A DNA stretch of 64,000 nucleotides from NCBI GenBank assembly GCA_038239825.1, contig JBBSEJ010000001.1:40232-104231 (forward strand), given 5' to 3'. The notes below the pieces were generated by a model. It saw nothing but the letters and a program-made list of their open reading frames with translations. It was not told where the DNA came from and ran no database searches. This document shows, piece by piece, positions 7,816 to 16,957 of this stretch. Made by a program: the position numbers and the translations under genes. The first letter of the stretch is position 1. Every line of letters begins with the position of its first letter. The DNA comes from Gaiellales bacterium. Lineage in GTDB: Bacteria > Actinomycetota > Thermoleophilia > Gaiellales > Gaiellaceae.

Positions 7816-8613
7816 CTACAACTCGACGGCGATGCGGTCGTCGACCTTCATGAACACCCACGCCCCGAGCACGAGTGCGAGTAGAGCGGCGACGCACAGA
7901 TAGACGACGTCCGCGAGGCGCGGCAGGTTGCCCGACCAGAGGGCGTCGCGCACGGCGTAGATCGGTGGCGCGAGCGGGTTGCCCCAGCGCAGCACGTCGA
8001 GCAGGCGATGATGGCGCAACGCCTTCTCCGGCAGCGTCGATGCCTTCCAGAGGATCGGCGTGAGGAAGAACCACGGCAGAAGCGCCGCAGTCAGCACGTG
8101 TTCGACGTCGCGGTAGAGAACGTTGAGGCAGGCTGCGAGAAGCGAGAGTCCGCCGACGAGCGCCGCGAAGACGACCGCCAGCGGGATCGCGACCCAGACG
8201 GTGGAGCGCGCCGACGGCACGAAGACGAGCGACAGCACGATGACGATCCCGATCATCACCACAAACGTGACGGCCTGCGTCGCGACCATCGAGAACGCGA
8301 CGAGCTGGCGAGGGAACCTGACCTTCTTGATCAGCTCGGCGCTGTCGATCATCGACCGCGACGAGCTCTGGAGCGACACCGAGAAGAAGATCCAGCAGGC
8401 GAGCCCGGCGAGCAGGTAGATGGGGTAATGGGCGACCTGGCCGTTCGGGAAGATCAGCCCGAAGACGACGAGGTAGACGACGAGCAGCAACAGCGGATTC
8501 AGCAGCGACCAGAAGATCCCGAGCAGCGAGCCCCGGTACTTCGCCTGGAAATCCCGCCGAAACAGATTGGCGAACAGCTCGCGATAGCGCAGGAGGTCGG
8601 CATAGACCGTCAT
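7816..8613 (-). CDS. wzm: ABC-2 type polysaccharide exporter permease (Wzm/TagG-like)
   Basis: 265-aa ORF. N-terminal LLRYRELFANLFRRDFQAKYRGSLLGIFWSLLNPLL signature of ABC-2 permeases. About 6 hydrophobic helices. Confidence 0.9.
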   Translation of the reverse strand: MTVYADLLRYRELFANLFRRDFQAKYRGSLLGIFWSLLNPLLLLVVYLVVFGLIFPNGQVAHYPIYLLAGLACWIFFSVSLQSSSRSMIDSAELIKKVRFPRQLVAFSMVATQAVTFVVMIGIVIVLSLVFVPSARSTVWVAIPLAVVFAALVGGLSLLAACLNVLYRDVEHVLTAALLPWFFLTPILWKASTLPEKALRHHRLLDVLRWGNPLAPPIYAVRDALWSGNLPRLADVVYLCVAALLALVLGAWVFMKVDDRIAVEL

Positions 8614-8687
8614 CGGCTCGCACTAGTCTAGGGACGGCTGGTGCAGGCAAACACAGCCCTTACACCGCTCCACTACCCTCGACCCAC

Positions 8688-10502
8688 GTGAGCACCCTCG
8701 CGGCACTCGCCGCTCTCCCCGCCGCCTCGCTCGCCGTCTGGGTGCTGCTCCGCTCTCCGGTCGCGGCGCACCTCAGGGCTGCACCGTCGGCCGACCGCTG
8801 GCACGAACGCCCGACTCCCCTCCTCGGCGGGATCGGCATCTTCGTCGGGATCACGATCGGTCTCTGGCTCGCCGTCGCCGTGGGAGCGGTGCCCGCGACG
8901 CGCGAGATCGCCGGCATCTACGGCGGCATCGCCCTGCTCTTCGCTGCGGGCCTCGTCGACGACCTGCGCCCGCTTCCCCCGGTCGGAAAGCTCGCGGTGC
9001 AGTTCGCGGCGGCGATCCTCGTGCTCGCAACGGGCACCGACGTGCAGCTCATCCACACACAGGTGCTCGCTTGGGCGCTCGCGCTCGTCTGGCTCGTCGG
9101 CATGACGAACGCGTTCAATCTCCTCGACAACATGGACGGGCTCGCGGCGACGCTCGCGGCGATCGCCTTCGCGTTCTTCGCGATCGATGCAGTCACGATC
9201 CATCCGAGCCACACGGTGCTCGCCCTCGCGCTCGCAGGTGCGCTCGCGTGCGTCGGCTTCCTGCCCTTCAACCTGCGCCTGCGCGGCAAGGCGCTCGTCT
9301 TCATGGGCGACTCCGGGTCGCAAGTGCTCGGGTTCACGCTGGCCGCCCTGGGTCTCTCCGCGAGCTGGAAGGTCGCCGGAACGACGGTCGCGACCCTGCT
9401 GCTGCCGATCCTCGTGCTCGCGGTGCCGATCCTCGACACGACGCTCGTCACGATCGTGCGACTGCTGGAAGGCAGGCCGATCTCTCAGGGCGGCCGCGAC
9501 CACACGTCACACCGGCTCGTCCGCTTCGGGCTCTCCGAGAAGCACGCGGTGCTGCTCCTCGCACTGATTGCCACCGCGCTCGGTGCGACGAGTCTCGCGT
9601 ACAACGTCCTCGATGACCAGCGGCTCGCACTCGTGGGGGTCCTCGTCACATTCGTCCTGCTCGTGCAGTTCGCGAGCTTCCTCGCCGACGTCGAGCGGCG
9701 AATCGCACCGGACTCGGATGCACCGGGCCTCGTGCAGACCTTCGCCGTGCACTGGCGCCGGCTCGTCGAGGTGTTCGCCGACTTCTGGCTGATCGCAGGG
9801 GCGTTCGCCGCCGCGTTCGCCCTGAAGTTCGGCTGGCCCGGGACCTCGAACCAGCGTCACCTCGCCGAGGTGACGCTGCCGATCGTGATCGCGGCGCGGT
9901 ATCTCGCGTTCGTCCCGCTCGGCCTGTACCGCTCGATCTGGCGGTACGCCGGCGCGCGCGACGTCGCGGCGATCGCATTCGCCGTCTCGATCTCCGAGGT
10001 CGTGGCGCTCGCATACATCGCGGTGACGCAGACCCTTGGCGATTTCTCGCGTACGTTCTTCGTCGTCGATGCGCTCCTGTGCGTCGTCACGATCGGGGGC
10101 TCGCGTCTCGCAGAGCGCGCGCTCGTCACCGGCCTGCGCTCCTACCGCGACCGGACCGGCCGGCGTACGCTGATCGTCGGCGCCGGTCGTACCGGCCGGA
10201 GCATGATGCGCGAGCTCCGCGAGACCGCCGGCGAACGGGTGGTCGGGTTCGTCGACGACAACCCACGCCTCCGGCGCCGGCGAGTACACAGCGTGCCCGT
10301 GCTCGGCGGCGTGCACGAGCTCCCACGCCTGCTCGAGCGCCTCGAGCTCGACATCGTCCTCGTCACGATTCCCGATGCGTCGCGGGAGCGGCTGGACGAG
10401 ATCGTCGAGGCCTGCAAGCGCGCCGCGGTCGACTGCCGCTTCGTCCGCCGCGAGACCGACCTCGACCCGCGCGTCGTGCTCGCAGCGGACGCCGGGGAAT
10501 GA
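8688..10502 (+). CDS. Polyprenyl-phosphate HexNAc-1-phosphate transferase (WecA/MraY-family PNPT) fused to a CapD/WbpM-type N-terminal membrane + Rossmann-like (CoA_binding_3-like) module
   Basis: 604 aa. PNPT motifs in the N-terminal half: DDLRPL, NAFNLLDNMDGLA, VFMGDSGSQVLG, DHTSHRL. The C-terminal ~250 aa has extra TM helices, then YRSIWRYAGARD...RTLIVGAGRTGRSMMREL...VVGFVDDNP...VPVLGG...IVLVTIPDAS, as at the N-terminus of CapD/WbpM/WbaP proteins. Confidence 0.85.
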   Translation: MSTLAALAALPAASLAVWVLLRSPVAAHLRAAPSADRWHERPTPLLGGIGIFVGITIGLWLAVAVGAVPATREIAGIYGGIALLFAAGLVDDLRPLPPVGKLAVQFAAAILVLATGTDVQLIHTQVLAWALALVWLVGMTNAFNLLDNMDGLAATLAAIAFAFFAIDAVTIHPSHTVLALALAGALACVGFLPFNLRLRGKALVFMGDSGSQVLGFTLAALGLSASWKVAGTTVATLLLPILVLAVPILDTTLVTIVRLLEGRPISQGGRDHTSHRLVRFGLSEKHAVLLLALIATALGATSLAYNVLDDQRLALVGVLVTFVLLVQFASFLADVERRIAPDSDAPGLVQTFAVHWRRLVEVFADFWLIAGAFAAAFALKFGWPGTSNQRHLAEVTLPIVIAARYLAFVPLGLYRSIWRYAGARDVAAIAFAVSISEVVALAYIAVTQTLGDFSRTFFVVDALLCVVTIGGSRLAERALVTGLRSYRDRTGRRTLIVGAGRTGRSMMRELRETAGERVVGFVDDNPRLRRRRVHSVPVLGGVHELPRLLERLELDIVLVTIPDASRERLDEIVEACKRAAVDCRFVRRETDLDPRVVLAADAGE

Positions 10503-12634
10503 CGAACGCGGCGCTCTCGCGACCCGCGAGGGCGGACAGAACGGCGCTCGACCGCTTCCTGGCGGCGATCCCTTTCGCCTCTGCCGCGCTCGTCATCCTC
10601 ATGATCCTCTTCTGGGAGGCGTCGACCCGCGCGACCCCGACGATCTTCTCGGACGAGCTTAAATGGACGCAGCTCTCGCGGGCCGTTGCGACGTCCGGGC
10701 ACGCAGCCCAGCGCGGGTCTCCCACGTCGTTTCAATCGCTCTACACGTTCCTGATCGCACCCTGGTGGTGGCTGCACTCCACCTCGGCGGCCTACCGGGC
10801 GATCGCCTACGCCGACGTCGCCGTGATGTCGAGCGCCGCCGTCCCGGTGTACTTCCTCGCGCGACGCCTCACCTCATCCACCGGTGCCGGAATCGCCGCG
10901 CTCGGCACGCTCTGCACGTCGGCCTTGTTCTACGCGACGTTCCTCCTTCCCGAGGTGCTCGCCTACCCAACGTTCTGCCTGTGCGCGTACGCCTGCGTGC
11001 GCGCGCTCGCGGGCGGCGGCCGCCGCTGGAGCGCCGGGGCGATCGCGGCCTGCCTCCTCGCGGTGGAGGTGCGGAGCGAGCTCGCCTGTGCGGGCGCGGC
11101 GTTCGCGCTGGCCGCAGGCGTCCTGTGGCTGGTCGGCCCGGCGGGCAGGAAGCTCCGTGCGGGCTGGAACCGATTCGACCACCTCTGCGCAGGAGTGCTC
11201 CTGCTCGGTGTCCTCATTCTCGCCGACTCGCTCGTCAGCCACCACTCGACGGTGTTCTCGTCCGTCACGCAGAACTGGAAGCTGCTCGCCTGGCACCTCG
11301 GCCTGGAGGCCGGCTCTGCGCTCGTGATCGGGCTCGGTGTCCTGCCGGCGATCGCGGGCCTCGCGTCGCTCTGGTTGCCCGAGCGCAGGACCGACCCGAA
11401 CTGGCGGGCGTTCGCGGCGTTCCTCGCCGCGTCGATCGTCACGTTCGGTATGTACACGGGCATCAAGGCGGCGTACCTTGCGAAGACCTTCGGGACCTTC
11501 GTCGAGGAGCGAAATCTGATCTATCTCTCCCCGCTGCTCGTTGTCGGCGCGGTCGTCTACTTCTCGGCGCGCCGGCCCTCGCCGGCCGTGCTCGGACTCG
11601 CGACCGCAGTCTGCGGCTGGCTCGTCATCGCCTACGGCTATCAACTCGGGTACCCCTACTTCGAAGCACCCGGTTACGGCATCGCGGTTCTGGCAAATCG
11701 TTCCTTCCGCTGGGATCAGCCGGCGATCCGCATCGCGCTCGAAGCGACGCTCGCAGTCTCACTCGCCCTCGGCGCCGTACCGTTCGCCCGCAGGCGACTC
11801 GGCCGCGCGAGACCGGTCCTGCTCGGGATCGCAGCGACCGCGGTTGCGACCTGGGGGCTCGCGGGCGAGATCACGGGCGCACGCGGATCGACTGCCGGCG
11901 CGCATCAACTCGCAACGAACCTGCCTCAGCCGCTGAACTGGGTCGACCGCCTGACCTCCGGGCAGAGCGTGACGTTCCTCGGACAGCAGATCGGGACGGA
12001 TATCGGCCTGCAGCTCACCGAATTCTGGAACAGCTCGATCAAGAACATCTGGACGCTCGACGGGACGGCACCAGGCCCGGGGCCGACGCTGACGCCCGAC
12101 CTCGCGAGCCCGGACGGCACGCTCGCGCCCGACCCCGGGTACCCGTTCGTGCTCACCGACAACGGCGTGAAGCTCATCGGTCGCGTGCTCGAGCAGAACG
12201 GGACGCTCACCCTGGTCCGAACAGCCCACCCCTGGCGGCTGCAGGAGAGCTACTACGGACGCGCGCCGGATGGGTGGATCGCCGACCATCCCGACGCGAC
12301 CTACGCGTACTTCGGACCCGTCCGGCGCGGCCTGCTGAGCATCGACGTGAGCAGAGCGGGCTTTTGCGCGAAAGGGGCGCCTCCGACACCGGTCACCGTT
12401 CGAATCGGCCCTGTGACACTCAACGAGCAGCGAGCACCCGCAATCGGACGGGCGGCTGTCGTCCGCCGGGTGCTTCTGCACAGCTGCGAGGAGATCCCGA
12501 TCCACCTCCGGACAGCTGCGCCGGTCGCGGTCACGGTTCACGTCGCGAACCTCGTACGCGCAACGGATTACGGACTGAGCGACTCGCGTCTGCTCGGCGC
12601 GGTGTTCAGCGCCTCGTTCACCCCGACGCACTGA
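10499..12634 (+). CDS. Polytopic membrane protein, GT-C-fold-like glycosyltransferase candidate with large C-terminal extracytoplasmic domain
   Basis: The track ORF 10079-12634 is trimmed to Met141 (ATG at 10499, ATGA overlap with the upstream stop). Acidic DE pair in the first loop (IFSDELKW), >10 hydrophobic helices, ~270-aa soluble tail. Clear paralogue of 16954-19056. Confidence 0.75.
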   Translation: MTNAALSRPARADRTALDRFLAAIPFASAALVILMILFWEASTRATPTIFSDELKWTQLSRAVATSGHAAQRGSPTSFQSLYTFLIAPWWWLHSTSAAYRAIAYADVAVMSSAAVPVYFLARRLTSSTGAGIAALGTLCTSALFYATFLLPEVLAYPTFCLCAYACVRALAGGGRRWSAGAIAACLLAVEVRSELACAGAAFALAAGVLWLVGPAGRKLRAGWNRFDHLCAGVLLLGVLILADSLVSHHSTVFSSVTQNWKLLAWHLGLEAGSALVIGLGVLPAIAGLASLWLPERRTDPNWRAFAAFLAASIVTFGMYTGIKAAYLAKTFGTFVEERNLIYLSPLLVVGAVVYFSARRPSPAVLGLATAVCGWLVIAYGYQLGYPYFEAPGYGIAVLANRSFRWDQPAIRIALEATLAVSLALGAVPFARRRLGRARPVLLGIAATAVATWGLAGEITGARGSTAGAHQLATNLPQPLNWVDRLTSGQSVTFLGQQIGTDIGLQLTEFWNSSIKNIWTLDGTAPGPGPTLTPDLASPDGTLAPDPGYPFVLTDNGVKLIGRVLEQNGTLTLVRTAHPWRLQESYYGRAPDGWIADHPDATYAYFGPVRRGLLSIDVSRAGFCAKGAPPTPVTVRIGPVTLNEQRAPAIGRAAVVRRVLLHSCEEIPIHLRTAAPVAVTVHVANLVRATDYGLSDSRLLGAVFSASFTPTH

Positions 12635-13229
12635 CGAGCACGGGGAACCGGACGGCCGTCAGGAGCCGTGCGCCTGGGAGCGGCTCGAGAGCATAGAGCG
12701 CTCGTTGCGCGACGAGCGGCAAGCGTGCGCGCTGCGGCAGCAGGAAGGGTCGCAGCTCGACGTGCGAGAAGCCCGCATTGCGGACGTCGCTCACGACCGA
12801 TTCCACGTCGTGCGCGCGCGGGTCGAAGTCGAACACGAGCTTCGTACGGGTGAAGCCGCGCACGCGCGCCAGGAACGCCCGACGATCGGGGACGAGATAG
12901 AGCGACCGAAAGATGGTCGTCGCATCGACGGGCTCCGGGGGGACGTAGTCGAAGCTGCCGAGAGACACCCGTTCGCCGAGCGTGCGGCGGGCGACCTCGA
13001 TCATCCGCTCGCTCCCGTCGACGCCGCGGTAGTCGACGGCCAGGGCGAGCAGATGCGGCCCGAGTCCCCCGTCGCCGCACGCGATATCGAGTACCCGGGC
13101 GCCGCGGTCGAGGCGAGGGCCGTGCTCGACGATGAGCTGCGCGCGGCGTGCGTAGTAGCGCTCCGCGTCTGCGTAGTCGTGGAGGCTGTAGGTCTCGGCG
13201 ATCGCGTCGTATTTGGGGATGACGCTCAT
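12618..13229 (-). CDS. Class I SAM-dependent methyltransferase
   Basis: Trimmed to Met50 (ATG at 13229, ATGA overlap with the upstream stop). SAM motif I VLDIACGDGGLG followed by an acidic motif II region. Confidence 0.8.
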   Translation of the reverse strand: MSVIPKYDAIAETYSLHDYADAERYYARRAQLIVEHGPRLDRGARVLDIACGDGGLGPHLLALAVDYRGVDGSERMIEVARRTLGERVSLGSFDYVPPEPVDATTIFRSLYLVPDRRAFLARVRGFTRTKLVFDFDPRAHDVESVVSDVRNAGFSHVELRPFLLPQRARLPLVAQRALYALEPLPGARLLTAVRFPVLVSASG

Positions 13230-13966
13230 AGCGCGCGCAGACGTTCCGGATGCTTGCGCACGAATCGTGCGATGCCCGCCCAGTGCCAGAGCGTCCGCCG
13301 GGTCAGCCAGTGCTTGTCGGTCTCCGCCTTGTGCTCGTGCCGGACGAGCGCCTGCGGCACGTACCAGCGCTCCCAACCAGCCTGCATGGCGCGGTAGGCG
13401 AGGTCGATATCCTCACCGTAGAGCCGAAAGCCCTCGTCGAAGCCGCCGAGCTCGTCGAACATCGACCGTCGCAGGAGGAGGAAGCCGCCGAGCATCCAGT
13501 CGGCGGGCAGAGGCTCTCCGGGCAGTGACTCGCCGAGGTGAAAGTGACGCCGCTGCGTGAAGACGAGGCGCAGCGGCGTCCGCCGCACGATCGTGCCCGT
13601 GACGGTGGGGAAGCGACGCCGTGACGGCTGCGGGGTGCCGTCGGGAAACACCATCCGCGGGCCGGCGATCCCGCAGCGTGGACGCTCGACCATGAAGTCG
13701 CGCAGAGCCGCGACTGCGCCCGGCTCCGGGATCGCGTCGGGGTTCGCCGCAAGGACGAGCTCCGCGGTCGTTCGCGCCGCGCCACGGTTGACGTTGGCGC
13801 CGAACCCGAGCGGGGTCGCATTGTGCACGGCCTCAATGCCGTCCGGAACCGAGCCCGGGACATTGGCGACGACGACGAGCTCGTCGACCTGAGGACGAAG
13901 CGCGGGCAGTGAGGCGGCGAGCTCGTGGAGATGACCGTGCGACACGACGACGGCAGCCACCTTCAT
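13226..13966 (-). CDS. GT2 family glycosyltransferase (rhamnosyltransferase/WbbL-like)
   Basis: Trimmed to Met18 (ATG at 13966, ATGA overlap). VVVSHGH N-terminus, LGFGANVNRG, AANPDA (DxD-like), and GGFLLLRRSMFDELGGFDEGFRLYGEDIDLAYR. Confidence 0.85.
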   Translation of the reverse strand: MKVAAVVVSHGHLHELAASLPALRPQVDELVVVANVPGSVPDGIEAVHNATPLGFGANVNRGAARTTAELVLAANPDAIPEPGAVAALRDFMVERPRCGIAGPRMVFPDGTPQPSRRRFPTVTGTIVRRTPLRLVFTQRRHFHLGESLPGEPLPADWMLGGFLLLRRSMFDELGGFDEGFRLYGEDIDLAYRAMQAGWERWYVPQALVRHEHKAETDKHWLTRRTLWHWAGIARFVRKHPERLRAL

Positions 13967-14970
13967 GCGAGCACCTGCCGGTAGACCTCGGCGGTGAGGC
14001 GAGCCGACTCGGCCCACGAGAACCTCGCCGCACGTGCGATGCCCGCCGCCGACCAGCGCGCCCGCTGCGAGAGCGCGCGACGGAGGGCGGCGGCGAAGTC
14101 GCCGTCCTCCGCGTAGACACCGGCATCGCCCGCGACCTCCCCGAGCGCGGCGTCGTCGGAGAGAACGACCGGTGTCCCGCTGGCCATCGCCTCGAGCACC
14201 GGCACACCGAAGCCCTCGAACCGCGACGGCAGGATGAGCGCGGCGGCGTTGCGGTACAGCCCGGCGAGCTCGTCCTTCCCCACGAAGCCGCGGACGTTCG
14301 CACCACGCGCCCGAAGCTCGGCGGCGAGAGCAGCCTCCTTCTCGGGGCCGACGGCGACGAGCGGCAGGCCGACCGCCGCGGCCGCCGCGGCCGCTCTCAG
14401 TGGATCCTTGCGCGCCTGGATCGCACCGACGAAGAGAACGAACCCTCCGTCCTCACGGTCACCGGCTCCGGGCGAGAACGCGGGGTCGACACCGTGCGGC
14501 GTCACCGTCACCTTGCCCGGCGCGATGCCGTAGAGATCGACGATGTCGCGTTTCGTCGCCTCCGATGGAACGATGACGTGGTCGGCGCGGCGCACCGCTC
14601 GCGGTACGACCGTCTTGAACGTGAAGCGGTCGATGCGTCCCATCACGCTCGGATCGTGCTCGAAATGCAGGTCGTGCACCGTCACCACTGACGGACCGTG
14701 CCAGCCGAGTGGGAGTGCGTGCTGGAAGTGCGCCGCCTGCGGAGCGAGCCGGCGCAGGAGACGAGGGAGCGACCACGCCATCCTCGTTTCCTGGAACCGC
14801 GCCGGAAGCTCGATCGGCGACACCGCTTCTGGGACGAGCTCGGGATGCCGCGTCACGGCGGCGAAGCTGAGGTCGGGCGCCACGACCGGCAGCTGGCGCA
14901 GGAGGTTGAGCACATAGGTCTCCTCCCCGGTGCGGTTTCGGCCGAGCACGTCTGCGTCGAGGACGATCAC
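13963..14970 (-). CDS. GT4 family glycosyltransferase
   Basis: 335 aa with a GTG start overlapping the upstream stop. GT-B C-terminal motif SRFEGFGVPVLEAMASGTPVV (E-x7-E). Confidence 0.88.
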   Translation of the reverse strand: MIVLDADVLGRNRTGEETYVLNLLRQLPVVAPDLSFAAVTRHPELVPEAVSPIELPARFQETRMAWSLPRLLRRLAPQAAHFQHALPLGWHGPSVVTVHDLHFEHDPSVMGRIDRFTFKTVVPRAVRRADHVIVPSEATKRDIVDLYGIAPGKVTVTPHGVDPAFSPGAGDREDGGFVLFVGAIQARKDPLRAAAAAAAVGLPLVAVGPEKEAALAAELRARGANVRGFVGKDELAGLYRNAAALILPSRFEGFGVPVLEAMASGTPVVLSDDAALGEVAGDAGVYAEDGDFAAALRRALSQRARWSAAGIARAARFSWAESARLTAEVYRQVLA

Positions 14971-15932
14971 GCCAGCTCTTCGTACACGGCGCGCGTTCGC
15001 GCGGCGACGTCGCCCCAGCTTGCGATTCGGCGCGGGGGCGGTGAGCGCACACGCCCGATGCCGTCGCGGATCGACTCGACATCGGTGGGGTCGACATAGG
15101 CGGCGTCGGCTCCCGCGATCTCCGCCATCGGCGAGTCGAGGCTCGTGACGATCGGGCAGCCGCAGGCGAGCGCCTCGGCGACGGGAATCCCGAAGCCCTC
15201 GTAGAGCGAGGCGTAGACGAGGCAGCGCGCGCCTCGGTAGAGCGCAGCGAGATCCTCGTCGGAGACATCACCGAGCCACGTCACGCCGGCCGGAGGCTCG
15301 ACAGCGCCCCAGCCGCGTGCTCCCACCACCCGCAGCTCACCGTCGACGGCGTCGGCGATCCGGGCGAGGTTCTTGCGCGGCTCGAGCGTGCCGACCGCGA
15401 GCACGTAGTCGCCCTCGGCCCGGGGGCCTGCCGGCGAGAAGACGTCCTCGACGGCGTTCGGCACGACCCGGATCTTCGCGCAGTCGACCGAGAGCAGGAG
15501 CTCGAGCTCCCGGCGCGTGTGGTCGGAGACTGCGATCACGCGATCGGCCGCGGCCACGACGCGCGGGACGGCGAAGCGAGAATAGGTGGCCGTCCAACGG
15601 TTGAACCATTCCGGATGGCGCAGGACGCCGAGATCGTGCACCGTCACGACGAGGGGCGCGCCCGATCGGAACGGGCCCCGGAACGTCGGGCAATGCAACA
15701 CGTCCGCGCCCCCCGGCGCGCGAAGGCGCGGATACCAGAGAGCGTCGGCCGCGACCGCTCGGAGGCGAGAGGTCGCGGGAAACGAGACCTCGACGAGTTC
15801 CACGTCGAGGTGAGCTCGCAGCCCGGCCACGTACCGGGCGGTGCCCGCCCGCGTCTGGCGCAGCGCAGTGGTGTCGAGGGCTACGCGAATCGCTCGTACC
15901 CCTCGACGAAGATCTCGCCGACTCGCCGCCAC
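14967..15932 (-). CDS. GT4 family glycosyltransferase (start uncertain)
   Basis: 321 aa with SLYEGFGIPVAEALACGCPIV. The only in-frame start codon upstream of the conserved IRVALDTT N-terminus is GTG at 15932, which overlaps the upstream gene by 52 nt. Confidence 0.8.
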   Translation of the reverse strand: MAASRRDLRRGVRAIRVALDTTALRQTRAGTARYVAGLRAHLDVELVEVSFPATSRLRAVAADALWYPRLRAPGGADVLHCPTFRGPFRSGAPLVVTVHDLGVLRHPEWFNRWTATYSRFAVPRVVAAADRVIAVSDHTRRELELLLSVDCAKIRVVPNAVEDVFSPAGPRAEGDYVLAVGTLEPRKNLARIADAVDGELRVVGARGWGAVEPPAGVTWLGDVSDEDLAALYRGARCLVYASLYEGFGIPVAEALACGCPIVTSLDSPMAEIAGADAAYVDPTDVESIRDGIGRVRSPPPRRIASWGDVAARTRAVYEELA

Positions 15933-16957
15933 GAGAACTGCCGTACATGAGCAAACCCCCGTTCGCGTAGCTCCGCCCGACGGTCGATCGCCTCGCGGAT
16001 CGCATCACGAATCGCCGCCGCGCTTTCGGGATCGGCCCTGACTGCCGCATCGCCTGCGGCCTCGTCCATCGACGGGTGCGCCGAGGCGACGACCGGCGCA
16101 CCGGATGCCATCGCCTCGGTGATCGGCATACCGAACCCTTCGAAGCGCGACGGATAGATGACGGCGGTGGCACCGCGATAGAGACGTGCGAGCTCGGCGT
16201 CGTCGACGCGGCCCAGGCGCACGATGCCGGCATGGTCGAGTCTCGGCTGCTCACCCCACCCGGCGCCGCCGGCGACGACGAGCGCGAGGTCGTCGTCGGC
16301 GAGCAGCCCGAAGGCGTCCACCAACGTGCCGAGGTTCTTGCGCGGCTCGAGAGTCGCGACCGTGAGGAGGTACGGGGCGCCGAGGTCGGCGGCAGCGCCC
16401 GCCGACGTGTAGTCGCGGCCCACGCCCGGGTGGGCGACGAGCACCCGGTCACGGGCGAAACCGAGTGTGGTCGAGAAATCCTCCGCAGTGAACGCCGAGT
16501 TCGCAAAGACGACGTCGCAGGTCCGGACGGCGTTCGCATACTTCCGCCCGTGCATTCCACGGGTGCGCTTCGTCGTCCACTCGGGGTGGTGAAGCGGCAC
16601 GAGGTCGTGGATCGTCGTCGCGCGGAGCCCGCCTCGCTGGGGCGGGTACATCCAGTCGGTGAAGTGCAGCACGTCGAACGGGCCGATAAGACGCTCGGCG
16701 GCCGGGTGACCGAGCACCGACCAAGCGGTACGCCAGGCGTGTGCGCCCGGCAACGAGAGGAGTCGGAGCTCGACGTCGAGGCCCGCGAGCGCCTCGGGGA
16801 TCGCGCGCTTCCCGGCCGGCGATGTGGGCGCGAACGCGACGATCTCGTGCCCGCGCTCGGCCGCCACCTCGACGAGCCCGCTCAGCGAGCCGCGGATGTA
16901 ATTGTTCACGCCGGTCCGCTCGTGGGAGAGCGGGCTGACGTCGAACGCGATCCTCAT
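15881..16957 (-). CDS. GT4 family glycosyltransferase
   Basis: Trimmed to Met38 (ATG at 16957, ATGA overlap). MRIAFDVSPL N-terminus, EPRKN, and SRFEGFGMPITEAMASGAPVV. Confidence 0.88.
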   Translation of the reverse strand: MRIAFDVSPLSHERTGVNNYIRGSLSGLVEVAAERGHEIVAFAPTSPAGKRAIPEALAGLDVELRLLSLPGAHAWRTAWSVLGHPAAERLIGPFDVLHFTDWMYPPQRGGLRATTIHDLVPLHHPEWTTKRTRGMHGRKYANAVRTCDVVFANSAFTAEDFSTTLGFARDRVLVAHPGVGRDYTSAGAAADLGAPYLLTVATLEPRKNLGTLVDAFGLLADDDLALVVAGGAGWGEQPRLDHAGIVRLGRVDDAELARLYRGATAVIYPSRFEGFGMPITEAMASGAPVVASAHPSMDEAAGDAAVRADPESAAAIRDAIREAIDRRAELRERGFAHVRQFSWRRVGEIFVEGYERFA

